Positions 1 through 10,236 are shown, counted from the stretch's first letter. The stretch is DNA of 64,000 nucleotides from an uncultured Bdellovibrio sp. (GCA_964590635.1 CAZPYX010000001.1:550-64549), one strand, 5' to 3'. Translations and numbers: made by a program. The notes: generated by a model from the sequence alone, not told the origin.

Positions 1-794
1 ATTCCTGAAAGTTCATGGAACCTTTCCAAAGTAGCATGCGGAGCAGAGGCTGTTGCAAACAACACCGTTACCTTATTGGCTTTGGCTGCATTTGCCACTT
101 GAGCAATGCGGGCAGCAGAAGGAGGCATGCCTGGCTTCTCTTCTAAGGATCCAGCTGACTCTAGACCGTAGGTTGCAAAGAAGTAAGTGAACTCTTTGTG
201 GTACTCCATGACCTTTTCTTTTTTTATTTTCTTCTGAGTTGCATCATGAAGAGCGGTCATCTGTTTTTTGAAAGTATCATAATTTTTCTCAAACACAGAT
301 ATTTTGTCAGGAGCGACTGCGGAAAGAACCTTCAACACCTCGGTACCTGCTTCTGCAAGTTTCAAAGGATCTGTAGAGAAATGAGGATTGCCATGAGGAT
401 GAACGTCACCTAATGAACGATCGACAACTCCCGATGGAACTTCCAAAGGCTTTACGGTGCGACCCAGTTCACAAAAACCCAATCCACCGGGTTGGACTTT
501 GGCATTTCCGGCTTTATCCATAACTTTTGGTAGCCAACCAATTTCAAGATCCAGTCCGATGGCGCATACGACATCAGCCTTGCGAACTTTAAGGATATAG
601 TCAGGACGAGCATCTGAGTAATGTGGGTCTTCACTGCCCGAAAGCAAAGAAGACGTTTCGACTTCATTGCCGCCAATGGCACGAACAACCTCAGCGACGT
701 CAGGCAACGTTGCCACCACTTTGATTTTTGCTTGGGCCAAAGTTGCAGTGGTCGATGCGAATACGAATGATAAGGCTAGTAAGATATTTTTCAT
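1..794 (-). CDS. Metal (Zn/Mn) ABC transporter substrate-binding protein, ZnuA/TroA family; 3' end runs off the window
   Basis: Manual translation, absent from the ORF track because it is partial: MKNILLALSFVFASTTATLAQAKIKVVATLPDVAEVVRAIGG..GSEDPHY..GDVHPHGNPHF..YHKEFTYF. Signal peptide and metal-ligand His motifs; AAAGGT RBS just after the upstream stop. Confidence 0.9.
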   Translation of the reverse strand, partial: MKNILLALSFVFASTTATLAQAKIKVVATLPDVAEVVRAIGGNEVETSSLLSGSEDPHYSDARPDYILKVRKADVVCAIGLDLEIGWLPKVMDKAGNAKVQPGGLGFCELGRTVKPLEVPSGVVDRSLGDVHPHGNPHFSTDPLKLAEAGTEVLKVLSAVAPDKISVFEKNYDTFKKQMTALHDATQKKIKKEKVMEYHKEFTYFFATYGLESAGSLEEKPGMPPSAARIAQVANAAKANKVTVLFATASAPHATLERFHELSG

Positions 795-806
795 GTGTGA
801 ACCTTT

Positions 807-1871
807 CTAAAACGCGTGGGCAGGATGTGCGCCCAGGATAGCGATGAATTGAAGCTCTAACTTTCTGTCGATTTTATCCGCTTCTTGCGCAACATTCTGA
901 ACTTCATGCGTGTAAGCGATTCGCCAAGTTGAGAACTCACTGGTTTTAAATGTCAGTGTCGGCACAAAGGCGTAATCCAAGTTTTTTTGTCTGTCGTTCG
1001 TGCCTTCGAAATTTTGAGATAAATCAGTAAATGCATCTACGCGAAGACCGAAGGCCCAGTTTTCATTAAAGCCATATTCTGGATAAATATAAGCGCCAAT
1101 TTCTTCGCTGCGATTTGTTTTTGCGCTATTTTGATTTTGATACCAAATTTCTGATTGAAAGAACCAGCGATTGAATTTGCCTTCTTTTTGTTTGAATACG
1201 AAATCCAAACCAGTTAGCTGAGTCCACAAACCTTGAGAATCAGAACGACTTAAATAAGTCGCGCCCATTTGCAAACCCTTGTCAGTTCCCAGATCAAGAA
1301 AAGTGATGGGATGAATGTAGACAACGGGGCTGTCAGGTTTTGCTCTGACACTTTTTTCGCCCCATTGATATCCATCCGTTACGCCCATGGTGATATCCCA
1401 ATAGCTATCTGTCGGAAGAAGATAGCTCATTTCTAAACCGGTATCGTGAATACCTTCCTCTGCGAAGAATTCTTTTTGCACGCGGGGAGCAGAAATAAAG
1501 GGCCAATCATGTTGATGGAATTGATTCAGGCGTCCAACTCCCAAGAAGAAAGTTCCCGCTTTAAAGCGAAAGCCCGGGAATAATTTCGTTGAACTGATAT
1601 ATCCCTCATGAAGCTCGGCCTTGTATTCGCCATTTTCATTGTGAGCTGCGAAGTTGATCAAAGCATCGAAGTAGGGATCCACAGCGCCATAAAGCATAAA
1701 TTCAGCAGAGCGAATTTGCAGCTGATTGTCACTGGAATCATCGAAGTCCATGGGGGCAACGGCATCGATCGCGGCAGAAAAATTTAAGTTCTGCACCAGG
1801 GGAGCTTGCGTCTGGGCAAATGCTTTGGGAGTGAGGGCTATGAAGATAAGTAAACCTAAAAACTTGCGCAT
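807..1871 (-). CDS. Outer-membrane beta-barrel, putative zinc-uptake receptor
   Basis: Signal peptide, amphipathic beta strands, FHQHDW motif and C-terminal GAHPAHAF, typical of barrels encoded with ZnuA-like genes; co-oriented with the binding-protein gene. Confidence 0.75.
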   Translation of the reverse strand: MRKFLGLLIFIALTPKAFAQTQAPLVQNLNFSAAIDAVAPMDFDDSSDNQLQIRSAEFMLYGAVDPYFDALINFAAHNENGEYKAELHEGYISSTKLFPGFRFKAGTFFLGVGRLNQFHQHDWPFISAPRVQKEFFAEEGIHDTGLEMSYLLPTDSYWDITMGVTDGYQWGEKSVRAKPDSPVVYIHPITFLDLGTDKGLQMGATYLSRSDSQGLWTQLTGLDFVFKQKEGKFNRWFFQSEIWYQNQNSAKTNRSEEIGAYIYPEYGFNENWAFGLRVDAFTDLSQNFEGTNDRQKNLDYAFVPTLTFKTSEFSTWRIAYTHEVQNVAQEADKIDRKLELQFIAILGAHPAHAF

Positions 1872-1968
1872 GTTTCCTACTGTCTGTGGGTTTCTTGAGT
1901 CTCACTTCAAAAGCCAGTGTGAACCTCTGCTTTTGAAGATCAACTTGTTTCAAATGGTGTTATGCTAG

Positions 1969-1985
1969 TTGCAAGTTACTTGCAA
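1969..1985. promoter_or_regulatory. Zur/Fur-like operator palindrome
   Basis: TTGCAAG-tta-CTTGCAA, a perfect 7-3-7 inverted repeat upstream of the zinc-uptake genes; resembles the TGCAA-n-TTGCA Zur motif as I recall it for deltaproteobacteria. Confidence 0.6.
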
Positions 1986-2076
1986 TAAAATTAATAGAAA
2001 CACTGCGTAAGCAACTTCGTGTTGCGCACGAAAAGGTTCCTTGCGGGGGTTCCTTAGCTCGACTATGTAAGGGAGC

Positions 2077-3348
2077 ATGATGACAAGCTTTTTAAGAGTC
2101 TTTTGGCCCGAATCGGCAACCCGTATTCAAGGGGTGATTCACTTTCGTTGGATTGCCATTGTCGGTTTGATATTTGGGGCTGTTCCCTTACTTCAAGTAG
2201 GTTATTTACAAAAGACGCAGATGCCTTTTTTGATGGCGGTGATTGCTTTGCTTGCGGTCTTTAATGGTTTGACTCAAGGGATTTGGAGCAAACCGTCAGC
2301 ATCGCAAGAGTCACGAATTTTATTTGTGCAATTATCTGTCGATCTTTTAGCTGCGACTGGGTTGTTATTTGTCAGTGGCTCAGCCAACAATCCTTTTGTC
2401 TTCGTGTTGTGCATTCATGCGTTCCTAGGGGGAATGCTTTTGCGCGGCTATCGCAGTTTGATCTTTGGTTTCTTGGTGCTCTTGTTATTATCGATTCTGC
2501 AGTCAGAGACATTTCAAGACGCCAAGATGACCGTGAATGTTGATACCAGAGAATTGTATTTCCAATTCTTAGCTCAATGGACTGTGATCATCGTTGCATG
2601 GATCGTGGCCTATCTTTTTGCAAACCTTTTGGAAAAACAAGAAAAGCGCATACGTTCTTTGCAAGAACGTCAGCTGAAGGCGGATCGCCTGAAATCCCTG
2701 GGAGCATTGACGGCGGGTTTTTCCCATCAAATGGCCACGCCTTTGAATGCCTTGAAGCTTCGTATGGATCGCGCCGCTCGTAAGTCCGCGCAACAACCGG
2801 AAATTCAAAATGAATTGTCACAGGCTCAAGAATCTTTAAGTGAGTGCATTTCGGTTTTTCATCATATGGCTGGGGTTTTTTCCAATTCAACAGGCGGAGA
2901 CCTTCAGAAGATCAAAGTGAAGTCTTTGGTGTCGGATATTCTTAAAGCCTGGAAACAAGACAATCCTCAAGTGGCAGTGGAAACTCACTTTCAAGAGGAA
3001 GAAGTTTTTTGCCAGATTCAAGCCTTGGCATTTTCACAAACTCTTTTTGATCTTTTAGACAATGCAGCTGAGGCTTCAAATTTTAAAGAAGCTATTTCTT
3101 TGCGACTTTTCACCGAAGGACAAACTTTATCATTGGAAGTGATTGACGCGGGAAAAGGCCTTTCACGAGAGATCATCTCAAGATTAGGCGAACCCTTTGC
3201 AACAGATAAAGAACATGGCAATGGTCTGGGCATTTACACGGCACAGATGTCGGCGCAAGCAATGGGCGGAGAATTTTCTTTGTTTAATAATAAGTCAGGC
3301 AAAGGTGCGACAGCTCGCTTGTCGATTCCTCAGGAAGGTTTGACATGA
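2077..3348 (+). CDS. regB: RegB/PrrB-family sensor histidine kinase
   Basis: About six TM helices, SGSANNPF (GGxxNPF-like), H-box AGFSHQMATP, Cys in SECISVF, N box LLDNAAEA, DAGKG, GNGLG. Confidence 0.8.
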   Translation: MMTSFLRVFWPESATRIQGVIHFRWIAIVGLIFGAVPLLQVGYLQKTQMPFLMAVIALLAVFNGLTQGIWSKPSASQESRILFVQLSVDLLAATGLLFVSGSANNPFVFVLCIHAFLGGMLLRGYRSLIFGFLVLLLLSILQSETFQDAKMTVNVDTRELYFQFLAQWTVIIVAWIVAYLFANLLEKQEKRIRSLQERQLKADRLKSLGALTAGFSHQMATPLNALKLRMDRAARKSAQQPEIQNELSQAQESLSECISVFHHMAGVFSNSTGGDLQKIKVKSLVSDILKAWKQDNPQVAVETHFQEEEVFCQIQALAFSQTLFDLLDNAAEASNFKEAISLRLFTEGQTLSLEVIDAGKGLSREIISRLGEPFATDKEHGNGLGIYTAQMSAQAMGGEFSLFNNKSGKGATARLSIPQEGLT

Positions 3349-3869
3349 AAATTGCGGTGAAAAAACTTTTGCTTGTCGAGGATGACAAACGTCTCCGCTC
3401 GGTTCTTCAGGAAGAACTCACCGAACGTGGTTTTGAAGTTCAAGCTTTTGCAGAATTGCCGTCTTTAAATTCTATCCAAGCTCCTGATGGGGCCCTTCTT
3501 GATTTGCGAGTTGGGCAAGAAAACGGTTTGGATCTAATTGATGGTCTTAGAAAGAAATTTCCAGGCATTCGCATTGTTGTGATGAGTGGTTTTGGCAGTG
3601 TGGCCTCCGCCGTGAAGGCTATGCAATTAGGGGCAGAGAATTTTTTAGCGAAGCCAGTGACGCCAGATATGATTGCAAAAGCTTTTTCGAGTGAGAAAGT
3701 TGCCGAGTTATCCGAAGAAGAATCGGAAATTTCCTTGGCTCGTATGGAGAGGGAATATATCGATTATGTCCTGCAAAACTCAGATGGCAATATCACGCAA
3801 GCTGCCAAAAAATTAGGTCTTCATCGTCAAAGCCTGCAAAGAAAATTGCGCAAGAATATTCCAAAGTAA
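3345..3869 (+). CDS. regA: RegA/PrrA-family response regulator
   Basis: REC domain (VEDD, LLDL, LAKP) plus C-terminal EREYIDYVL..GNITQAAKKLGLHRQSLQRKL HTH; overlaps the kinase stop by 4 nt. Confidence 0.85.
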   Translation: MKIAVKKLLLVEDDKRLRSVLQEELTERGFEVQAFAELPSLNSIQAPDGALLDLRVGQENGLDLIDGLRKKFPGIRIVVMSGFGSVASAVKAMQLGAENFLAKPVTPDMIAKAFSSEKVAELSEEESEISLARMEREYIDYVLQNSDGNITQAAKKLGLHRQSLQRKLRKNIPK

Positions 3870-4015
3870 AAATAGACCAAGCAGATCAACACTGTAATGC
3901 AGCAGGTTGGGGTTGTGACTTTTTTGTCGCTTTTCTTTTAAGCCCTCTGTGGATTTTGAAAGAGTTGACAGGTTTTTCGGCAGGTCCATAATGGCGGAAT
4001 TGCGAGGGCTAAAGC

Positions 4016-5713
4016 TTGGAAGACAAAGTTGCAACTAAAAGACCACTCTCTATTCCCTATTCTGGAACCGCATTGCTGGAGATTTCTTTATTAAATAAGG
4101 GAAGCGCCTTTTCAGAAGAAGAGCGTGTTAATCTCAAACTTTTGGGATTGCTGCCGCAAACAATCGAAACGATCGAAGAACAAGAAAAGCGTGTTTACAG
4201 CCAGTATCGAGAATTTAAATCCGATATCAATAAGCATATTTACTTGCGCAGTATGCAAGACACCAATGAGACTCTGTTCTATCATCTTCTTGATAATCAC
4301 TTAAGCGAGATGCTTCCAATCATTTATACTCCAGTGGTTGGCGAGGCTTGCGAACATTTTTCTGATATTTACCGAGCGGCCCGTGGCCTTTTTATTTCGT
4401 ATCCAAACCGAGATCATATTGATCAGATGTTGGCGAACGTGACCAAACAAAATGTGAAAGTCATTGTCGTCACAGACGGTGAGCGCATCTTGGGCTTGGG
4501 GGATCAGGGTATCGGTGGTATGGGCATTCCTATTGGGAAGTTAGCGCTTTACACTGCTTGCGGAGGAGTCAGTCCAGCTTACACCTTGCCGATTGTTCTT
4601 GATGTGGGAACGAACAATCAACAGTTACTGAATGATCCTTTGTACATGGGATGGCGTCATCCCCGTATTACTGGCGAAGAATATGACAAGTTCGTCGATG
4701 CTTTCATCCAAGCGCTGAAACGTCGCTGGCCTAATGTTCTTCTTCAGTTCGAAGATTTCGCACAAAAAAATGCCGGACCATTGTTGAATCGCTACCGAGA
4801 CGAAATTTGTTGTTTTAACGATGATATTCAAGGAACGGCTTCTGTCGTGTTGGGTTCATTGATTGCAGCGAGTCGTGCGGCGGGAAGTCGTTTGCGTGAT
4901 CAGACGGTCGCATTCTTGGGCGCAGGTTCAGCGGGCTGTGGCATTGCCGAACAAATCGTCGCAGAGATGCAAGCTGAAGGACTGAGTGAATCAGAAGCTC
5001 GTGCACGAGTGTTCATGGTGGATCGATTTGGTTTGTTGACTGATAAGATGCCAAATCTTCTCGACTTCCAAGAAAAGCTTGTTCAGAAAAGCGAGACTCT
5101 TGAAAATTGGAAGATTGAAAAGGACGCGATCTCGTTACTTGAGGTCGTAAAAAATGCGAAGCCCTCTGTTTTGATTGGTGTTTCCGCACAGCCAGGTCTT
5201 TTCACGGAAGAGATCATCCGCACCATGCACCAAAATTGTAAGCGTCCCATTGTGATGCCGCTATCAAATCCGACTTCGCGAGTGGAAGCCCGCCCGGAAG
5301 ACATCATTCAATGGACCGAAGGGGCTGCGTTGGTTGCAACGGGAAGTCCATTCACTCCGGTTCAGTACAATGGTAAAAGTTATCCCGTTGCCCAGTGTAA
5401 TAATTCATATATTTTCCCTGGAGTAGGACTTGGCGTCTTAGCTTCTGGAGCACGTCGTGTGACGGAATCCATGATGATGGCAGCAAGTCGTGCCTTAGCT
5501 GAATGTTCACCGCTTGCAAAAAAAGGTGACGGAGCTTTATTGCCGGCGATTGATGATATTCAAAAAGTTTCACGCATCATTGCCTTTAAAGTCGGGAAAG
5601 CGGCGCAAGCAGCTGACGTTGCTAAAGTCACATCGGATCAAGAGCTAGAAAAGTCTATTGAAGATAATTTCTGGAAGCCTTGGTATCGCAATTATAAGCA
5701 TGTTCCAAAATAG
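4016..5713 (+). CDS. maeA: NAD-dependent malic enzyme (MaeA/SfcA type)
   Basis: [54 protein letters not shown] motifs; 565 aa; TTG start. Confidence 0.95.
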   Translation: MEDKVATKRPLSIPYSGTALLEISLLNKGSAFSEEERVNLKLLGLLPQTIETIEEQEKRVYSQYREFKSDINKHIYLRSMQDTNETLFYHLLDNHLSEMLPIIYTPVVGEACEHFSDIYRAARGLFISYPNRDHIDQMLANVTKQNVKVIVVTDGERILGLGDQGIGGMGIPIGKLALYTACGGVSPAYTLPIVLDVGTNNQQLLNDPLYMGWRHPRITGEEYDKFVDAFIQALKRRWPNVLLQFEDFAQKNAGPLLNRYRDEICCFNDDIQGTASVVLGSLIAASRAAGSRLRDQTVAFLGAGSAGCGIAEQIVAEMQAEGLSESEARARVFMVDRFGLLTDKMPNLLDFQEKLVQKSETLENWKIEKDAISLLEVVKNAKPSVLIGVSAQPGLFTEEIIRTMHQNCKRPIVMPLSNPTSRVEARPEDIIQWTEGAALVATGSPFTPVQYNGKSYPVAQCNNSYIFPGVGLGVLASGARRVTESMMMAASRALAECSPLAKKGDGALLPAIDDIQKVSRIIAFKVGKAAQAADVAKVTSDQELEKSIEDNFWKPWYRNYKHVPK

Positions 5714-5721
5714 ACCTTATG

Positions 5722-5770
5722 AAAAGGCTTAGAGCCAGCGCTTTCGCTGCTCTAAGCATTTCTTCTTTTA
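5722..5770. terminator. Hairpin between convergent genes, probable terminator
   Basis: GCTTAGAG(C)CAGCG / CGCTGCTCTAAGC stem with a 5' A-run and 3' T-runs. Confidence 0.55.
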
Positions 5771-5777
5771 AAATTAA

Positions 5778-6074
5778 TTATGAAGGAGTGGAAACTCCTT
5801 CGGCAGATTCTTGTTGTTGCATTTTGTGATGATGGCTATGCATTTTGAAGCCCGCTTCGGTCATGCATTTCTGTATGACAGTCCGACTTTCCTTATCTAG
5901 GCGTTGACCAGATCCCTTTTCAGGAAGAGTGATATTATTTTTTGCCGCACATTGTTCGAAGGCGGCATGTCTTTGCTCGCGACGTGTTTCTGCTCTGGCG
6001 ACCGGCATAAGATACAAAGACAATAAAGCCATTCCTAAAAAGTTTACGAGACGTTTCTTGCTAAGTGTTTTCAT
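5778..6074 (-). CDS. Small secreted helical protein with two Cys and a His-rich tail
   Basis: Signal peptide ending PVARA; mature part has two Cys and MHSHHHKMQQQ. Confidence 0.75.
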   Translation of the reverse strand: MKTLSKKRLVNFLGMALLSLYLMPVARAETRREQRHAAFEQCAAKNNITLPEKGSGQRLDKESRTVIQKCMTEAGFKMHSHHHKMQQQESAEGVSTPS

Positions 6075-6584
6075 AAAAAAACCTTTCTTTTGTTAGGAGC
6101 GTCAAAGGGGCCCAAGCTTTGGCGCCTAAAAGCTGGGCCTTGATAAAATGTTAAAAGCAGATTTTGGAACAAGCGTGGAAGAGCAGGATGAGACTTAAAA
6201 TAAATTATTTGCAATCTAAGTGATCCGAGAACGTAGTTGCATTATTAGTCTGAAGAAATCCTCAAATTTTAGAATCTCTTTACTGACTATGAACTTATAG
6301 GGATTTTAATACGTACGTTCTTGCTATCATCTTGTCTCATGTTGACTCAAGTTATGGGCCAGTCTTGTGATGTTGACCTATTAGGGGCGCATACTAAAGT
6401 CTGATGGCACCACATTTGAGTTTTTAATCCGACTAAGTTCAATTTTAAAATCACGGGTCCCACATGGGTGACGATGGTTCTGTCAATTCGTCCTATGTGA
6501 CTGGTAGAGGGCGAGTCACTTCAGATACAACGAGCTCGGCAATATATCGGTGACAAGGTTGCTATCGTTTGGAACTAAAATTTT

Positions 6585-7130
6585 TTAGAGATTTAATCCA
6601 ATGTTGTTCGCGAAAGACTTTCTGCGGCTTTCGTTAAAGAAATATTTAAGCTCGACCAGAAAACGAAATCTTTCGTGGATCAACATAGAGCTTATAACAA
6701 ATCCTTTTTTCAGTTTTGGAATAAGTACGGCGGCATTGTTCGGATGATGTGTACTTGTCACCACCTGAAAACCATCTTCTTTGATTTTTTCTAAAAGACT
6801 TTCCAAGAATAACGAATAGATCTTTTTATTCTGATACTGAGGCAGAATCGCAGAGTTTTGCATATAGTAAGTTTCTGGATCTGAAGAGTATCCATAATGC
6901 CATCCAACCACCTGAGAGCCAGAGTAAATAACGACGCGAAGGCGATATCGCTGTTCGGTCCTTCTTCTTTCGGTAATTTTATTTTTAGTCTCTAGATCTT
7001 GGGGTGCTTCAATGGCAGTGTTCGTGCGATTGCCAAACACCTTATCAAAATATTGATCAAGGACGGGGTTGAGTTCTTCAACAGTAACTTCTTTGAGGTG
7101 ATAGCCTTGGCCTAAATCTTTTTGGTACAT
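6585..7130 (-). CDS. GNAT-family N-acetyltransferase
   Basis: VVGWHYG, SAILPQYQNKKIYS (motif A-like) and NAAVLIPKLKKGF; 181 aa. Confidence 0.7.
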   Translation of the reverse strand: MYQKDLGQGYHLKEVTVEELNPVLDQYFDKVFGNRTNTAIEAPQDLETKNKITERRRTEQRYRLRVVIYSGSQVVGWHYGYSSDPETYYMQNSAILPQYQNKKIYSLFLESLLEKIKEDGFQVVTSTHHPNNAAVLIPKLKKGFVISSMLIHERFRFLVELKYFFNESRRKSFANNIGLNL

Positions 7131-7176
7131 AGTGAAGCTCCCGATGGGGATGAGAGTATTTATGAAGGTCTCTGAA

Positions 7177-7204
7177 AATAAAAAAGGCGCCTATGTAGCG
7201 CCTT
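7177..7204 (-). terminator. Intrinsic terminator after lspA
   Basis: AAGGCGC-tacatag-GCGCCTT followed by a T-run on the minus strand. Confidence 0.65.
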
Positions 7205-7697
7205 CCTCTTTTTCTTTTTTCTTGTTCTCGATGAACATGAGTAGCAACAAAAGTCCCACTCCGCCAACAATGGCCATGTCGGCAATATTGAAGGCTGGCC
7301 AGCTCCACTTGTTGTAAAGATGGAAGTCTGCGAAGTCGATCACGTATCTGAAGCGAATACGATCAATGTAATTACCGATGGCGCCACCAAAGATACTTGA
7401 AAGAGCGATGATTTGCTTTGTGTCTGAATCCTTCACTCCGCGCAAAATGCCCAAGATGATAATCAAAGCGATCGGAGGCATGGAAAGGAAGAACAATTCG
7501 CGGAAAGACGGGTGGCTTTCTGCAAGGAAACCAAAGGCTGCGCCGAAGTTTCTAACGTAGGTCAGGTTGAAGAAATTCGGGATAACAATGACAGATTCGC
7601 CCAAGTGAAAGTGTGTGTGGACGTACATTTTTACAACTTGATCCAAAGCGATTAAAAAGCCAGAGATCGCTAGTAGCCAAATATATTTTTTCTTCAT
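7191..7697 (-). CDS. lspA: Lipoprotein signal peptidase II
   Basis: LDQVVK, NFGAAFG, GAIGNYIDR, VIDF, WPAFNIAD motifs. Confidence 0.97.
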   Translation of the reverse strand: MKKKYIWLLAISGFLIALDQVVKMYVHTHFHLGESVIVIPNFFNLTYVRNFGAAFGFLAESHPSFRELFFLSMPPIALIIILGILRGVKDSDTKQIIALSSIFGGAIGNYIDRIRFRYVIDFADFHLYNKWSWPAFNIADMAIVGGVGLLLLLMFIENKKKEKEEGAT

Positions 7698-7757
7698 GAA
7701 GCCTCTACGCAGAAAATTGAGACCTCAACTATAACTGAAATTCCTGAAGGATTTAAG

Positions 7758-8369
7758 CTATTTCAGCATCCCTTTGGACTTCACATAGCCGATTTTAATC
7801 AGCATACGGACGACCTCTAGGTCAGAACTCAAGTTTAGCTCTTCTTTGACTTCCTGAATCATCAGGCGAGTACCGCAGTCCAAGGCATCCATAAGGCTGC
7901 CGGAATGGGTGGTGGCTGTCACAGTTTTCTCTGTGTAAGAGACCTGTGTTTGAGTTGGCGCCGACTGAACCACAGATTGAGTGATGGTTTGGTGGTGCTG
8001 AGGTTGGTGGTGAACTGTATTCGAGATAGGTGTCACTTGAGGTGCTGGAGCCGTTGCCGTCATAGTAGCCATTGTCGCAGTGGCAGACATAGTCGCTGGT
8101 CCTGCTGAAGTGGCTCCAACATGAATCGCAGGACGATCTAGTTCACCCATCATTCCTGCGAGGCTCTTAAGCTCATTTTTAAAGTTTCTGATGCTAGGGC
8201 GTTCCAAAACACTATCGCCATCGCGACCAGCCTTAAGGTAAAGGCTCACCAAGATATCCGGAGTCGTAGCGATCTCCTTGATAGAAGAATCCTGCGTCAT
8301 TAGCCATTGATAGGCCTTAAGCAGAATATCTTTGGTGTATGCCTGTGGAGGCAACGGGTTCATGGTCAT
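7758..8369 (-). CDS. Hypothetical protein with a low-complexity Thr/Ala/Gln linker
   Basis: 203-aa ORF with normal coding pattern; two apparently globular ends joined by a low-complexity middle. Confidence 0.75.
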   Translation of the reverse strand: MTMNPLPPQAYTKDILLKAYQWLMTQDSSIKEIATTPDILVSLYLKAGRDGDSVLERPSIRNFKNELKSLAGMMGELDRPAIHVGATSAGPATMSATATMATMTATAPAPQVTPISNTVHHQPQHHQTITQSVVQSAPTQTQVSYTEKTVTATTHSGSLMDALDCGTRLMIQEVKEELNLSSDLEVVRMLIKIGYVKSKGMLK

Positions 8370-8590
8370 GTTTGGAATTTTCCCCTCGAGCGAGTTGGTG
8401 AAACTACAGATTCAATTCCGGTGAGTCAACGTGAACACTACGCAAAATAAAAACTATTGCTGCTCAAAAAATACGCACTACTACATGTGGAGGATAAAAC
8501 CGGGTTACAAAACTAGAGGCGCTGCGGAAAATTGATTTTTCCCAAATTCTTTTTCTTGCAAAAAAAATCTTCGTTTATTTCCGCCAGAAA

Positions 8591-8654
8591 GGAAAAGAGT
8601 GCCTGCTTCTTTCTCCGAGAAAGTAGCAGGCACCTTTTCCGAAAAGGTACCAGG
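8591..8654. repeat. Degenerate REP-like palindrome (GGTAC/GGTGC family)
   Basis: GGAAAAGAGTGCCTGCTTCTTTCTC paired with GAGAAAGTAGCAGGCACCTTTTCC, followed by a partial GAAAAGGTACCAGG; shares the GT(A/G)CCTGCT core with the copies at 32966 and 33619. Confidence 0.7.
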
Positions 8655-8677
8655 TGTTCCGAAAATTGTTTTGGGGC

Positions 8678-8711
8678 AAAAAAAAGCCCCGGTTTTGCCG
8701 GGGCTTTTTTT
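8678..8711. terminator. Bidirectional intrinsic terminator
   Basis: A-run, GCCCCGG-tttt-GCCGGGGC, T-run at the stop of the sigma54 regulator. Confidence 0.85.
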
Positions 8712-10236
8712 AGTTAACGTAGTCTTTTGCGACGATTCCGTATTTTTCGATCTTACGAAGAAGCGTCTTCTTCGGGATGTTGGCGTGAAGAGCCGTTTGA
8801 TTGATACGACCTCGGAATGTTTTAAGAGCTTTGATAATAAACTCTTTTTCGAAGGCTTCTTTTTGCGCATTGAAATCTAAACTTTCGTTGCCAGAATAAG
8901 GAACAATTTCTTCGCCATCAAGATCGGCAGAGTCATCGCCCATATCAGCATCTTCATCGTCACCCAAAGTGGCGTGAGCTTTGACCGCCGCTGACATTCC
9001 TGCAGAGGCAATATTCGCAGCCGTCTCCATAACAGGTGGTACATCGATCAAATTAGTTCCAGTTGCAAATAGCAAAGACTCAGGCAACGAAGCGATCGTG
9101 ATGATGTTTGTCATCTCAAGAACGAAAGCGTGTTCGATCACGTTTTCGAGCTCACGAATATTTCCCGGCCAAGCATGCTTTTTCAAAACGGACATCGCAT
9201 CTGGAGCGATTCCATTGATACGTTTGCCATGGGCAACATTGAACTTCTTGATAAAGATGTTCACCATGTGCTCCATGTCGTCTTTGCGTTCAGCCAAGGC
9301 AGGCAAGAATATAGGTACAACGTTCAAACGATAGAACAAGTCTTCACGGAATGTTCCCGCTTTGATCATGTCTTCCAGAGGTCTGTTAGTCGCGGCGATA
9401 ATACGAACATTCGCAGGGAATTCTCTGTTTGAACCTACTGGAGTGAAAAGCTTTTCTTGAAGAACGCGAAGGATTTTAACTTGCATGAGTTGAGGCATGT
9501 CGCCCACTTCATCCAAGAATAAAGTTCCGCCTTCAGCATATTGAAACTTCCCAATTTTGCGCTGATCAGCGCCTGTGAAAGAACCCTTTTCGTGACCAAA
9601 TAATTCAGATTCGAAAAGATTTTCTGGGATTGCAGAGCAGTTGATCGCAACGAATTTTTCGTCTTTGCGAGCCGAGTTAAAGTGAATTGCTTTAGCTACA
9701 AGTTCTTTACCTGTACCTGAAGAACCACGAATCAGCACTGGCGTGTCAACTTTAGCAAGACGGTGAATGATGTTAAATACCTTCTGCATTTGTGAGGTGT
9801 TGCCGATGATCTTGCGACCGGCTTCAACCATCACAGGAGCAGAGGCTGCCACATTTGAGATCAAGTTGTGAGCGTTTACAGCTTTGTCGATCAAAGCCAA
9901 CATGTCTTCGCTAGCTACGGGTTTTGCGAGATAGTTGTAGGCACCATCTTTAACAGCTTGAATAGCATCATTCAAAGTCGCATGTGCTGTCATTACGATG
10001 ACGATAATACCAGGATTGAATTCTTTGATTTGGCGAAGGGCTTCAAGACCGTTCATGCGAGGCATGTCGACGTCTAAGATCACAACGTCGTAGTTTTTGT
10101 CACCGGCTTTGATTTTCTCCATCGCATTGACACCGTCGAAAGCTTCGTCGATATCAAAACGTTGAGTGATAGCTAAGGCTGATTTTACCGAAAGTCTTAG
10201 ACCTTGATCGTCATCGACAACTAGGACCTTAAGCAT
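8710..10236 (-). CDS. NtrC-family sigma54-dependent response regulator
   Basis: REC (VVDDD, LDVDMP), Walker A GSSGTGKE, ESELFGHEKGSFTGA, FLDEV, WPGNIREL, acidic linker, Fis-type HTH. Confidence 0.95.
   Translation of the reverse strand: MLKVLVVDDDQGLRLSVKSALAITQRFDIDEAFDGVNAMEKIKAGDKNYDVVILDVDMPRMNGLEALRQIKEFNPGIIVIVMTAHATLNDAIQAVKDGAYNYLAKPVASEDMLALIDKAVNAHNLISNVAASAPVMVEAGRKIIGNTSQMQKVFNIIHRLAKVDTPVLIRGSSGTGKELVAKAIHFNSARKDEKFVAINCSAIPENLFESELFGHEKGSFTGADQRKIGKFQYAEGGTLFLDEVGDMPQLMQVKILRVLQEKLFTPVGSNREFPANVRIIAATNRPLEDMIKAGTFREDLFYRLNVVPIFLPALAERKDDMEHMVNIFIKKFNVAHGKRINGIAPDAMSVLKKHAWPGNIRELENVIEHAFVLEMTNIITIASLPESLLFATGTNLIDVPPVMETAANIASAGMSAAVKAHATLGDDEDADMGDDSADLDGEEIVPYSGNESLDFNAQKEAFEKEFIIKALKTFRGRINQTALHANIPKKTLLRKIEKYGIVAKDYVN

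Noticed and set aside
785-795. Possible homopolymer frameshift at the start of the ZnuA-like gene
   Set aside because: The ORF-track coordinate of the neighbouring stop (807) places the ATG at 794, in frame.
8505-8880. Three overlapping short ORFs (8505-8870, 8532-8717, 8599-8880)
   Set aside because: They are translations of the REP-like palindrome, the terminator and the shadow of the regulator 3' end; no protein motifs.
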